Below, piece by piece: positions 1 to 8,702 of a DNA stretch of 40,014 nt. The translations under genes and the position numbers were made by a program. Source of the DNA: an uncultured Acidobacteriaceae bacterium (GTDB lineage: Bacteria; Acidobacteriota; Terriglobia; Terriglobales; Acidobacteriaceae); NCBI GenBank assembly GCA_964250995.1, contig CAXUIF010000003.1, positions 1 through 40,014 of the forward strand. The letters run 5' to 3'. Position 1 is the stretch's first letter; every line of letters starts with the position of its first letter. Below the pieces are notes generated by a model. That model ran no database searches. It was given only the letters and a program-made list of their open reading frames with translations, and had not been told where the DNA came from.

Positions 1-1248
1 GGCTGCGGGATTCGCGTGCTGAGCGGCGAGCGTACGGGCTTTGCCTATACCGATGACCTTTCCCCGGAGCGCCTGCTCAAAGCCGCGCGCACGGCCGCGC
101 TGATCGCCAGCGGCCCTCAGACCGAACGGGTGCAAGGCTTTCGCGAACAGCGCACGCCGCAGTTGTATCCCCTGACCGGCGCTACTGTAGATGCCACGAT
201 CGCGGCCAAACTGGAGCTGATTGCGCGCGCCGATCGCGCTGCCCGGGCCTTTGATCCGCGCATCGTGCAGGTGCGCGCCGGCCTGAACGACGAGCTGCGC
301 CGCATTCTGATCGCCGCCAGCGATGGCACCTTTGCCAGCGACACGCAGCCGCTCGCGCGCTTCAATGTCCTGGTCATCGCGAAGGACGCCAATGGCGAGG
401 TTGCGCGCGGCACGTCAGGCGGGGGCGGCCGGGTAACGCTGGACTTTTTCCAGAACGAGAAGAGTCCGGAGCACTTCGCTCGCGAAGCCGCGCGCACTGC
501 CCTGCTGCAGCTTGGCGCCAAGGCCGCACCTGCCGGCGAGATGGAGGTGGTGCTCGGCCCGGGATGGCCGGGGGTGCTGCTCCATGAGGCTGTCGGGCAC
601 GGTCTGGAGGCAGATTTCAATCGCAAAAAGACCTCCGCCTTTGCCGGGCTGATCGGGCAACAGGTCGCCTCCAGCAAGGTAACCGTGGTCGATAACGGCA
701 CCATGCCCGGTCGCCGCGGCTCGCTGAACGTGGATGACGAGGGCAACCCCACGCAGGAGACCGTGCTGATCGAAAACGGCATCCTGCGCGGCTATCTAAG
801 CGACAAGCTGAGCTCGCGGCTGATGGGCATGCCCAACACCGGGAGCGGGCGTCGCGAAAGCTACCAGGCGATCCCTATGCCGCGCATGACCAATACCTAC
901 ATGCTCAATGGTGAGGACGATCCGGCGGACATCCTCCGTAGCGTCAAACGCGGCTTATACGCCGTCAACTTCGGGGGCGGGCAGGTCGATATCACCACCG
1001 GGAAATTTGTCTTCACGGCCAGCGAGGCCTACCTGATTGAGGACGGCGTGGTCACCGCGCCAGTCAAGGGCGCGACTTTGATTGGCAATGGGCCCGAGGC
1101 GCTCAAGCATGTATCCATGGTCGGCAACGATCTCGCACTCGATGAGGGCATTGGCACCTGCGGCAAGGCCGGGCAAAGCGTTCCCGTGGGCGTGGGTATG
1201 CCCACCATTAAGCTGGACCGTATGACCGTGGGCGGAACAGGACAGTAG
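1..1248 (+). CDS. tldD: TldD metalloprotease subunit (5' end outside window)
   Basis: Frame open from base 1 (GCGIRV...). Zinc motif LHEAVGHGLEAD, GSGRRESY...PRMTNTY and C-terminal GTCGKAGQSVPVGVGMPT are typical of TldD. Confidence 0.95.
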   Translation, partial: GCGIRVLSGERTGFAYTDDLSPERLLKAARTAALIASGPQTERVQGFREQRTPQLYPLTGATVDATIAAKLELIARADRAARAFDPRIVQVRAGLNDELRRILIAASDGTFASDTQPLARFNVLVIAKDANGEVARGTSGGGGRVTLDFFQNEKSPEHFAREAARTALLQLGAKAAPAGEMEVVLGPGWPGVLLHEAVGHGLEADFNRKKTSAFAGLIGQQVASSKVTVVDNGTMPGRRGSLNVDDEGNPTQETVLIENGILRGYLSDKLSSRLMGMPNTGSGRRESYQAIPMPRMTNTYMLNGEDDPADILRSVKRGLYAVNFGGGQVDITTGKFVFTASEAYLIEDGVVTAPVKGATLIGNGPEALKHVSMVGNDLALDEGIGTCGKAGQSVPVGVGMPTIKLDRMTVGGTGQ

Positions 1249-1264
1249 CACTGCAAGGAGCGAT

Positions 1265-1579
1265 GTGGCCGAAACTAAACGAGAGATGATTTATGAGTGC
1301 GAGGTGCGCCGCCGCCGGCAACGGACGGGCGCATCGGGCTATGAAAGCTTTTGGAAGGTGAAGACCGTCCAGGACGCGCTCGACGACAGCGACACGGAGT
1401 TCCGTTGCAAGGACTGCCACGGGGCGATGAAGCTGCACAAGCGCAAGACCGCCGGGGGACTCACCTCGTACGCGGAACACCTGCACCGTTCGGATTCTGA
1501 GTACTGCCCAGGCGGCATGTACTTCACCCAGGCCAAGGACGGCCGCACCCCGCGGCTGTCGGAGAGCCCGGTCCAGTGA
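1265..1579 (+). CDS. Small hypothetical protein, putative Zn-binding (CxxC...H...C)
   Basis: AAGGAG RBS at 1255-1260 before GTG. Motif FRCKDCHG...YAEHLH...YCP. Stop overlaps the pmbA start (GTGA at 1576-1579). Confidence 0.8.
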   Translation: MAETKREMIYECEVRRRRQRTGASGYESFWKVKTVQDALDDSDTEFRCKDCHGAMKLHKRKTAGGLTSYAEHLHRSDSEYCPGGMYFTQAKDGRTPRLSESPVQ

Positions 1580-2994
1580 GCCTGACAGCCCAGGGCTCCG
1601 CGTTGCTGGCCCTGGCGGAGCAGACCGTTGCGCGCGCGCTCCAAGCGGGCGCAACGGATGCCGAGGCCGTGGCCTATGAAGCGGACGAGTTCAACGTCCA
1701 TGTGCGCCTAGGCGAGGTCGAACAACTCACCGAGTCCGGATCCCGGGCGCTGGGGGTGCGTGTCTTTTGCGCGACCGATGGCGGCCAACGAACCGCGACC
1801 ACCTCCACCTCGGACCTGAACGACGCCGGGGTCGCACGGTCCGTGGAGACTGCGGTCGCGCTCGCCAAGATCACCGGCGTGGACCCGTTCGCGGGACTGC
1901 CCAAACGCGACAGCTTCGGCATGCATGACGCCGAGGCGCAGGCGCTCTACTTCGAAGACGCCGCCGCGATCCCCGCAGCGGACCGCATTGAGCTGGCCAG
2001 GCGTTGCGAAGCAGCGGCTTTGGGCTTTGACGTGCGTATTCAAAATTCCAAAGGGGCGAGCTTCGATTGCTCGTCGGCGCATCGCGTCATGGTGAACTCA
2101 CGCGGGTTTACCGGCGAGTACCGCCGGTCGTATGTGGGCTTTTCCGCCACCCCGATCGCCCAGGATACGGCTGGCATGCAAAGCGGCCACTGGTACTCCA
2201 GCGCGCGTACGGCACGGCTGCTGGAGGACCCGGAAGCCGTGGGCCGCGAGGCCGCACGACGGGCCCTGCGGCTGCTCGGTGCCCGGCGTGTGCCGACCCA
2301 ACAGTGCCCTGTCATCTTTCCTCCCGAGACCGCGCGGGGGCTGATGGGGAATCTGCTCGGCGCCGCCAACGGGGACGCGATCTACCGCAACGCCAGCATG
2401 TTCGCGGGCAAGCTGGGCGAGGTGGTGGCGGGCCAAAACATCACGCTGGTCGACGACGGCACCATGGTCTTCGACCACACGCTGGCCGACGGCAGCAACC
2501 TGCGCGTCGGCGGATTCGGCACCTCCCCGTTCGACGGCGACGGCCTTCCGACGCGGCGTACGGTGGTGGTCGAGCGTGGCGTGTTGAAGGAACTGATGCT
2601 GAACACCTATACCGCCCGCAAACTCGGCATGGTCTCCAATGCCAAAGCCTCACGCGGGCTGGCGGGCGCACCAGGCATCGGCGGCGGCAACTTCTATCTT
2701 GAACCCGGAGCGCAGACGCACGAGGAGATCATCGCCGGCGTAACGCGGGGCTTGCTTGTGCTGAGCACCATGGGCTTCGGCGTCAACCTCGTCACGGGCG
2801 ACTACTCGCAGGGCGCCAGCGGCCTCTGGATCGAGAACGGCGAGGTGGCGTTTCCCGTTGAAGAGATCACCATCGCCGGCAATCTGAAGGACATGTTCCG
2901 CAACGTGAGCGCCATTGGCAACGATCTGGAATTCCGTGGCGCGGGCGCCGTGCCGACGGTTCGGATCGAGGGCATGACGGTAGCGGGCAGCTAG
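1576..2994 (+). CDS. pmbA: PmbA/TldE protease subunit
   Basis: TldD/PmbA family sequence lacking HExxH. FDGDG and GFGVNLVTGDYSQGASG...EITIAGNL motifs. Downstream of tldD. Confidence 0.93.
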   Translation: MSLTAQGSALLALAEQTVARALQAGATDAEAVAYEADEFNVHVRLGEVEQLTESGSRALGVRVFCATDGGQRTATTSTSDLNDAGVARSVETAVALAKITGVDPFAGLPKRDSFGMHDAEAQALYFEDAAAIPAADRIELARRCEAAALGFDVRIQNSKGASFDCSSAHRVMVNSRGFTGEYRRSYVGFSATPIAQDTAGMQSGHWYSSARTARLLEDPEAVGREAARRALRLLGARRVPTQQCPVIFPPETARGLMGNLLGAANGDAIYRNASMFAGKLGEVVAGQNITLVDDGTMVFDHTLADGSNLRVGGFGTSPFDGDGLPTRRTVVVERGVLKELMLNTYTARKLGMVSNAKASRGLAGAPGIGGGNFYLEPGAQTHEEIIAGVTRGLLVLSTMGFGVNLVTGDYSQGASGLWIENGEVAFPVEEITIAGNLKDMFRNVSAIGNDLEFRGAGAVPTVRIEGMTVAGS

Positions 2995-3070
2995 CGCCCG
3001 TGCCGTACCGGCGCCAAGGCTCAGCAGGCCCGTTTCGGCGGGTGCGGCCCGCAAGCTCTACCGCTCCGCG

Positions 3071-3961
3071 TCAAACGCGATTCAGGGCGACCGGGCCATT
3101 CGTCGTTTCCAGGTGAACCGTTGGTCCGCCGCCGTTCACATCGGTTTCGAGGTGGTTCCCTATCTTGCCCTGGATCGTGATCGGAAAGCCCACCGAGATA
3201 CCGCCGTTGGTCGTCTCGGCTACGAGGTGCGCGGCAAAGTGATCGGGCACCTTGAGCGAGATGCCCCCATTGGTGCTCTTCGCGAAGAGCTCGCTGCCTT
3301 GCCAGCGAGCGCCGGCGAGCGTGATGTGCACCCCGCCGTTGGTCGTTTCGGCACGAACTGCGCCCGCGAGTTCGTCCAGGTGCAGACCTCCGTTGGTCGT
3401 GTTGGCCTTGACATCCCCGTGGATGCGCGCGAGGTCGATGCCACCATTGGTCGAGCTGGCACTAAGCTGCCCGTCCAGATCGGATACGTGGATACCCCCA
3501 TTAGAGGTCCGCAGCTCGGCGCGCGCGACACGGCGCGGTACGTGGAGGCGGAACTCAGCGGACCAGCCGTGGTGAAAGAACCCACCGCTGTCTGAAGGGC
3601 CGTCGGCGCGGATATCGCCGCTCGCCGTCAAGATGCGGATCTTATGCAGAAGCGCCTCGGCGTCCTCGTGATTGGAGCCCTGGGCCGTCACTTTCACCTC
3701 CAAGGCGATGTCGCTGCGGTCTTCCCCGACTACCTCGATGGCGCCGTTCCGGCCTGTCACCCCGAGTTGGCCGCTGGTCAGCGGGAGCGTCGTGCGACGG
3801 AGTTCGCAAGCCCGCGTCTGATGGCCGGAGAACCACCCACCATCCGACCCACCGTCGCTTCCGTTGCAAGGAGCAGTGGTGAAGTTTTGCGCGTGAGCTA
3901 CGGCTGCGGAACCGAACAGCGATAGAAGGGTCAGAAAACAACCGGAGGCGAGGGCACGCAT
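3071..3961 (-). CDS. Secreted DUF4097 (Toastrack/adhesin-like) beta-repeat protein
   Basis: Repeated (S/T)TNGG(I/V)x(L/V) units. Signal peptide MRALASG...AVAHA-Q. GGAG RBS supports the ATG at 3961 rather than the ORF-track start at 4069. Confidence 0.85.
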   Translation of the reverse strand: MRALASGCFLTLLSLFGSAAVAHAQNFTTAPCNGSDGGSDGGWFSGHQTRACELRRTTLPLTSGQLGVTGRNGAIEVVGEDRSDIALEVKVTAQGSNHEDAEALLHKIRILTASGDIRADGPSDSGGFFHHGWSAEFRLHVPRRVARAELRTSNGGIHVSDLDGQLSASSTNGGIDLARIHGDVKANTTNGGLHLDELAGAVRAETTNGGVHITLAGARWQGSELFAKSTNGGISLKVPDHFAAHLVAETTNGGISVGFPITIQGKIGNHLETDVNGGGPTVHLETTNGPVALNRV

Positions 3962-3992
3962 GGAATCTCCTTGGACAAGATTGTGAACTCCT

Positions 3993-4021
3993 CTACGTGA
4001 ACGGCCGGCCGTTGGTTCCGC
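3993..4021 (-). promoter_or_regulatory. ECF-sigma-type promoter GCGGAACC-N16-CGTAG for the DUF4097 gene
   Basis: Minus strand gcGGAACC aacggccggccgttca CGTAg. Fits the generic ECF -35 GGAAC / -10 CGT pattern. Same motif at 8597-8625. Confidence 0.65.
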
Positions 4022-4128
4022 TGCCATTGGAGAGCCGACGCGGGTGGTGCTCCAGATGGAAACAAACAAACGGCAGCCGCCCCGCTTTTACGTCCCTTGG
4101 GGAGCAGCGGAACGCCCGGGCGAGCCAC

Positions 4129-4134
4129 TAGAAT
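4129..4134 (+). promoter_or_regulatory. -10 box TAGAAT 6 nt before ATG (leaderless)
   Basis: TAGAAT-cggcgc-ATG(4141), no SD. Confidence 0.6.
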
Positions 4135-4140
4135 CGGCGC

Positions 4141-5601
4141 ATGGCTGAGGCGTTCGAGTTCGCCGAGCACGCCGCCTTTACGGTGGGCCACGCGGACGCG
4201 ATCTTGCGCGGCCTGCCGGCGCGGCCGGGGATCTTTGCGCTGCGCGGCGAACGCGCCGTCGACCAGCCCTACCTGATGCGGGCCGCGGACGTGCGACGGC
4301 GCCTGCGGCGGTTGCTGCAGCCTCCAGAGACCGTCGACGTTGAGGGTCGGCCCGTGGTGTCCAAACGGCTCAACCTGCGTGACCGGGTGCGATGGATCGA
4401 GTGGACCGAAACCGGTTCCGAATTCGAGTCGGTGCTGCTGCTCTACCGGGCGACGCATGCGTTGTTCGGGGAAGCAGAGGCCCGTAGACGGCTGCGGCTC
4501 AACTGCCCGTACTTCCTCCGGGTGACCATGGAGCATGAGCACCCGCGCGTCTTTGTGTCAAACAAGATGAGCCGGCGGGCGCTCCGGGAAAGCTTCGGGC
4601 CGTTTGCCTCCCGCGCTGCCGCCGAGCGCGTCGCCGAGGCTGTGGGCGAGCTGTTCAAGGTGCGGCGCTGCCATGAAGACCTGGAGGTGCATCCCGCGCA
4701 TCCGGGCTGCGTGTATGGAGAGATGGGCCGATGTTTGGCGCCGTGCAAGGCGGCGGTCAGCGGAACGGCCTACCGCGCGGAGGCCGAGCGGGTCTTTGCC
4801 TACCTGCGCACCCGCGGCGAAAGCCTGATGGCGGAGATCGCCAGCGAACGAGAAGCCGCGAGTGAGGCCATGGATTTCGAGCGCGCGGCTGCGCTGCACC
4901 GCCAATGGGAAAAGGTGAAAACGGTGGCACAAGGGGCCGACCCGCTGGTCCGCGCGGCCAGCGAGGTCCGGGCGCTGGTTGTGCAAACGGCGGTGAGCCA
5001 GGAGGGCGAGGCGAGCGAGGATGCGGCTGTGTTTCTGCTGGAAGATGGCCGGCTGGTGGGGCCGGGGCGCCTTTCGACCCTCGGGGTGCGTGCGGTGCGC
5101 GAGCAGACAGCGGTAGGATCCAGCTTGTTTGCGCAGCCGTTAATGGTGAGCGCGGTGCCGGAAGGCAGCGGTCAGGGTCTTGCCTCCTCCCCGGAACAAC
5201 GCGCACACGACACACTTGCGCGGTTGACGTCCGAGGTTCGGGAGGCGGGGGAGCCGGATCCGTCTCTGCGTGGGGATGCGCTGGCGCTGTTCAAGCGGTG
5301 GTACTACCGGCCGGAAAAGCAGCGAGCGGGCAAGGTGCTGCTGCCAAATCCAGATGGAAGCTGGCCTGTGCGACGTTTGCTGAACGCGGCCGCGCGCGTT
5401 GTGCTTGGGCCTCCTGTGGAAGCCGCTGCCGTTGACCGGGATGGCGCTAAAGTTCTGGCAAAAGCAGCCGATAAGGAAGGCAGGGAGAGCAAGACCCGGG
5501 TGTTGCATCCCGGCCGGGAGGGGGTGGAACGAACGGTCGCGGTGCTGCCGAAACGTGGGCGTCGAAGCAAAGCGCCGCTCCCGGGAGATCCGCTGCAGTA
5601 G
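4141..5601 (+). CDS. UvrC/Cho-like protein (degenerate GIY-YIG, Cys cluster, UVR domain)
   Basis: LPARPGIF...YL...RRRL, FGPFASR, RRC...PGC...RCLAPC Cys cluster, AASEAMDFERAA UVR motif. No recognisable C-terminal RNase H or HhH domain. Confidence 0.8.
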   Translation: MAEAFEFAEHAAFTVGHADAILRGLPARPGIFALRGERAVDQPYLMRAADVRRRLRRLLQPPETVDVEGRPVVSKRLNLRDRVRWIEWTETGSEFESVLLLYRATHALFGEAEARRRLRLNCPYFLRVTMEHEHPRVFVSNKMSRRALRESFGPFASRAAAERVAEAVGELFKVRRCHEDLEVHPAHPGCVYGEMGRCLAPCKAAVSGTAYRAEAERVFAYLRTRGESLMAEIASEREAASEAMDFERAAALHRQWEKVKTVAQGADPLVRAASEVRALVVQTAVSQEGEASEDAAVFLLEDGRLVGPGRLSTLGVRAVREQTAVGSSLFAQPLMVSAVPEGSGQGLASSPEQRAHDTLARLTSEVREAGEPDPSLRGDALALFKRWYYRPEKQRAGKVLLPNPDGSWPVRRLLNAAARVVLGPPVEAAAVDRDGAKVLAKAADKEGRESKTRVLHPGREGVERTVAVLPKRGRRSKAPLPGDPLQ

Positions 5602-5747
5602 ACGCGGGGGAGGTATCCTGCGTGACGTTTGGGTAGAAGGAGCGGCCGGATCTACAGGCACGCGAGACTTGCGGACATTGCGGGTCCGCAAAGGACGAAA
5701 GAGCCACGCTGCTATTCTGCGGGGGACGGAACCGGGGGAAACCTGCG

Positions 5748-6422
5748 TTGATTGAGTTGGCGTTTTCGATTTTGGCGGCGGACTTCGCCCACCTGGCCGA
5801 GGAGATCGCCAGGGCTGAGCAAGGTGGAGGCACCATCGTCCACGTGGACGTCATGGACGGGCATTTTGTACCGAATATCACCTTTGGGCCGCCCGTGGTG
5901 AAGGCCATCCGGTCCGTAACGAAGCTGCCGCTGGACTGCCACCTGATGATCGAAGACCCGGACAAGTTCATTCCGGAGTTCGCCGAAGCGGGAGCGGACT
6001 TTATTGCGGTGCACTGGGAGGCTTGCCGGCACCTTAACCGGACCTTGCAGCTGATCGTCGACCATGGTTGCCAACCAGCCGTGGTGATCAACCCGGCGAC
6101 CCCGGTGGAGCTGCTGGTCGAAGTGCTGCCGATGGTGCATCACGTGCTGGTGATGAGTGTGAACCCTGGCTTCGGCGGGCAAAGATTCCTGCCACGCTCC
6201 GTGGAGCGAATCGCGCAACTTCGGCGCATGCGACGGGAGATGGGACTCAACTTCCGCATCGAGGTGGATGGCGGGATCGCTCACGATACAGTGGCGTCCG
6301 TCGTCCAAGCGGGAGCGGATATGTTGGTCGCTGGCTCGGCTGTCTTTCAACCCGGGCGGACGGAAGACAATGCGCGTACGCTGCTTCAGACAGCACGGGA
6401 AGCGACCCAGGTAAGGGTTTAG
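5748..6422 (+). CDS. rpe: Ribulose-phosphate 3-epimerase
   Basis: SILAADF, HVDVMDGHFVPNITFG, DCHLMI, MSVNPGFGGQ, EVDGG, VAGSA motifs. TTG start. Confidence 0.97.
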   Translation: MIELAFSILAADFAHLAEEIARAEQGGGTIVHVDVMDGHFVPNITFGPPVVKAIRSVTKLPLDCHLMIEDPDKFIPEFAEAGADFIAVHWEACRHLNRTLQLIVDHGCQPAVVINPATPVELLVEVLPMVHHVLVMSVNPGFGGQRFLPRSVERIAQLRRMRREMGLNFRIEVDGGIAHDTVASVVQAGADMLVAGSAVFQPGRTEDNARTLLQTAREATQVRV

Positions 6423-6499
6423 CTGGTGTTGGCTGGAGGACGGATCGAGAGCGGGCTCCGGAGAAGGGCGGCCGGTAGGCGGATTCTGCCGCGCCAGCC

Positions 6500-6505
6500 T
6501 AGAAT
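6500..6505 (+). promoter_or_regulatory. Putative -10 box (TAGAAT) for bamD
   Basis: TAGAAT about 46 nt upstream of the start, AGGAG RBS at 6541-6545. Confidence 0.4.
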
Positions 6506-6551
6506 GGTGAGGAACGCCGGCGGCAGGTAAAGCCGGCAGCAGGAGTGGTGG

Positions 6552-8453
6552 ATGCAGGCAGGCAAGCCGAACTTTTTCCCTCATAGCCGCGCGGGCTGGG
6601 CCGCTGCAACAGCGTTGCTCGTGTTGCTTTTCGGGACCCCTGGGCAGGCGCAGCAAGGGGCAGCGTCGCCGGACAATACGGCCAGTGCGCCTGCCGCACA
6701 GACCGCGGACACCCCCGCACCGGCTCCCCGGAAGCACAAGTGGATCCAGAAGGACGATCCTGCGGACGAAAGCAACAACACCACAGCCGCACCGAAGGTG
6801 AAGGCGCCCGCAAAGGAGAGCGCTGCGGCCAAGAAGCCCAAAGAGCACGTCGCGAAGGATGAACGCACCGTGCAAAGCAAGGACACCCGGGCCGAGTTGC
6901 GCAAGCAGCAAAAGTACAACCCGCTGATCGGCAAGGACGGAAGCCTGCCCGACAAGCAGCTCTATGACAAGGCGCTGTTGCAGGAGAAGAAAGGTCACTA
7001 CGACGTGGCGCGACTGGACCTGCAGACTCTGATGAGCACCTACCCGGACTCGCAATACCTTATGCGCGCCAAGCTGGCGTATGCGGACTGCTGGTTCAAG
7101 GAGGGCGGCTCTGCCGCGATGGCTCAGGCCGAGCAGGAGTACGGCGACTTCATCACCTTCTTTCCGAACTCGCATGAAGCCGCTGAGGCGCAGATGCGCA
7201 TGGGGGACATTTACCTCAAGCAAATGGACGTGCCGGACCGTGATTACTCCAAAGCGCTGAAGGCCGAAGACCAGTACCGGACGATGTTGAAGACCTACCC
7301 CGATGCTCCCAAGCCGGTCCTGACCGAGGCAACGCAGAAGCTCCGCGATGTGCAGGAGGTGCTCGCGCAGCGGGAGTTCGATCTGGGCGCGTTCTATGCC
7401 ACGCACAACAATTATCCGGGCGCGATTGCACGCTACCAGACGGTGGTCGATACCTATCCGCTGTTCAGCCACATGGACGACACACTGATCGGCATCGGGG
7501 ACGCCTACGAGGCGGAGGCGCGGGTCGTGCGCGCCCAGACGCAGATGCCGGAAGCGCCACGAGCCAGGCTGGAACAGGAGTACGACGGCAAGGCGGCCGC
7601 GGCTTATCGCGCGGTGGTGCTGGAGCACGCAGCGGCCCCGCACGCTGAAGACGCAAAAGAGCGCCTGGCCTCCATGAATTTGCCGATTCCACAGCCGACG
7701 GCGGAGCAGGTAGCAGCGAGCGATGCTTTGGAAGGCAGCCGGGCGCAGTACACGATGCGGAAGCGGCTGGAGCTGCTCCTTGTTCGCAAACCGGACACGG
7801 TGACAGCGGCCCAGCTAGGGGCCCCGCCGCTGGAAGACGCCAAGCCCACAGTCGCCCCCACCATCGTGCACCAGATCGAGGCCGACTACGCCGCAGCCTT
7901 CAACCCGAAGGCTGCGGAGCCTGCCAAGGAAGCCGCCGCAGCCGCCGCGAACAATGAGCCGGGTCCGGCACAACCGACTCCCGCGCCGGCGGGGGCGGGG
8001 GCCCCGCTTACGTTGTCGGACGTGGGCAGTGGCACCACCGAGGGTGAGCGCACCACGGGCACCATGACCGAGGCCAACCCGGCACCCACTGGCGGGGGCG
8101 CGCGCGTGGGTGGCGGCGGAGCCTCGCTTGGCGTAGATGTGCTGACGCCGGGCGCCATGACCGGCGCTCCGATCACGGACCGCGCCAGCGATGCGCCAGC
8201 CGCTACCGGGAAGCCAGACCCAAACTTTGGCATTACTGCGCCAAAGCCGCCCGACAACGCTCCACTGCCCGTGGCTGAGGCGCCTGCTGCCGCCCCGGAT
8301 GCGGTGAACGAGGTGCAGGGACATCCACAACCGGCAGCCCAGACCAAAGCGCCCAATCAGAAGAAGAACCCGAAGCCGGAGTTCGATAAGAACGACGAAA
8401 GCTCCAGCAAGCACAAGAAGAAGAAGGGCGTGGACAAACTGAACCCCTTCTAG
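6552..8453 (+). CDS. bamD: Outer membrane protein assembly factor BamD with long low-complexity extensions
   Basis: TPR core with YPDS.Y...AKLAYAD, FITFFPNS, PDRD, REFDLGAFY...AIARYQ.VVDTYP, as in BamD/YfiO. Confidence 0.88.
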   Translation: MQAGKPNFFPHSRAGWAAATALLVLLFGTPGQAQQGAASPDNTASAPAAQTADTPAPAPRKHKWIQKDDPADESNNTTAAPKVKAPAKESAAAKKPKEHVAKDERTVQSKDTRAELRKQQKYNPLIGKDGSLPDKQLYDKALLQEKKGHYDVARLDLQTLMSTYPDSQYLMRAKLAYADCWFKEGGSAAMAQAEQEYGDFITFFPNSHEAAEAQMRMGDIYLKQMDVPDRDYSKALKAEDQYRTMLKTYPDAPKPVLTEATQKLRDVQEVLAQREFDLGAFYATHNNYPGAIARYQTVVDTYPLFSHMDDTLIGIGDAYEAEARVVRAQTQMPEAPRARLEQEYDGKAAAAYRAVVLEHAAAPHAEDAKERLASMNLPIPQPTAEQVAASDALEGSRAQYTMRKRLELLLVRKPDTVTAAQLGAPPLEDAKPTVAPTIVHQIEADYAAAFNPKAAEPAKEAAAAAANNEPGPAQPTPAPAGAGAPLTLSDVGSGTTEGERTTGTMTEANPAPTGGGARVGGGGASLGVDVLTPGAMTGAPITDRASDAPAATGKPDPNFGITAPKPPDNAPLPVAEAPAAAPDAVNEVQGHPQPAAQTKAPNQKKNPKPEFDKNDESSSKHKKKKGVDKLNPF

Positions 8454-8596
8454 CCTTTGGCCGTGACGGACACCGGCAGCGCTTCGGCGCTGCCCTTCTG
8501 TTTTGCCTTCAAGTGCAGCGGAGAACCTCGAAGCGCCGCACCGCATTCCCCGGGAACCTGCATCGTAACGGGTCTCCGCACGGAACGGATCGGCTT

Positions 8597-8625
8597 GCGG
8601 AACCGGTGCGCCAGAGACAGCGTAG
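8597..8625 (+). promoter_or_regulatory. ECF-sigma-type promoter GCGGAACC-N16-CGTAG for the TBDR gene
   Basis: gcGGAACC ggtgcgccagagacag CGTAg, same boxes and spacing as the site at 3993-4021. Confidence 0.65.
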
Positions 8626-8702
8626 GGAGTGTGCAGGAGTCGAACACCTCGGGCGCGCTCTGTTGCGGTCCGGGTTCGCTTCGGCTCTTCGGAGACCCCA
8701 CC

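Noticed and set aside
8457-8702. ORF-track N-terminal extension of the TBDR
   Set aside because: Overlaps the putative promoter; signal peptide and RBS fit ATG 8703.
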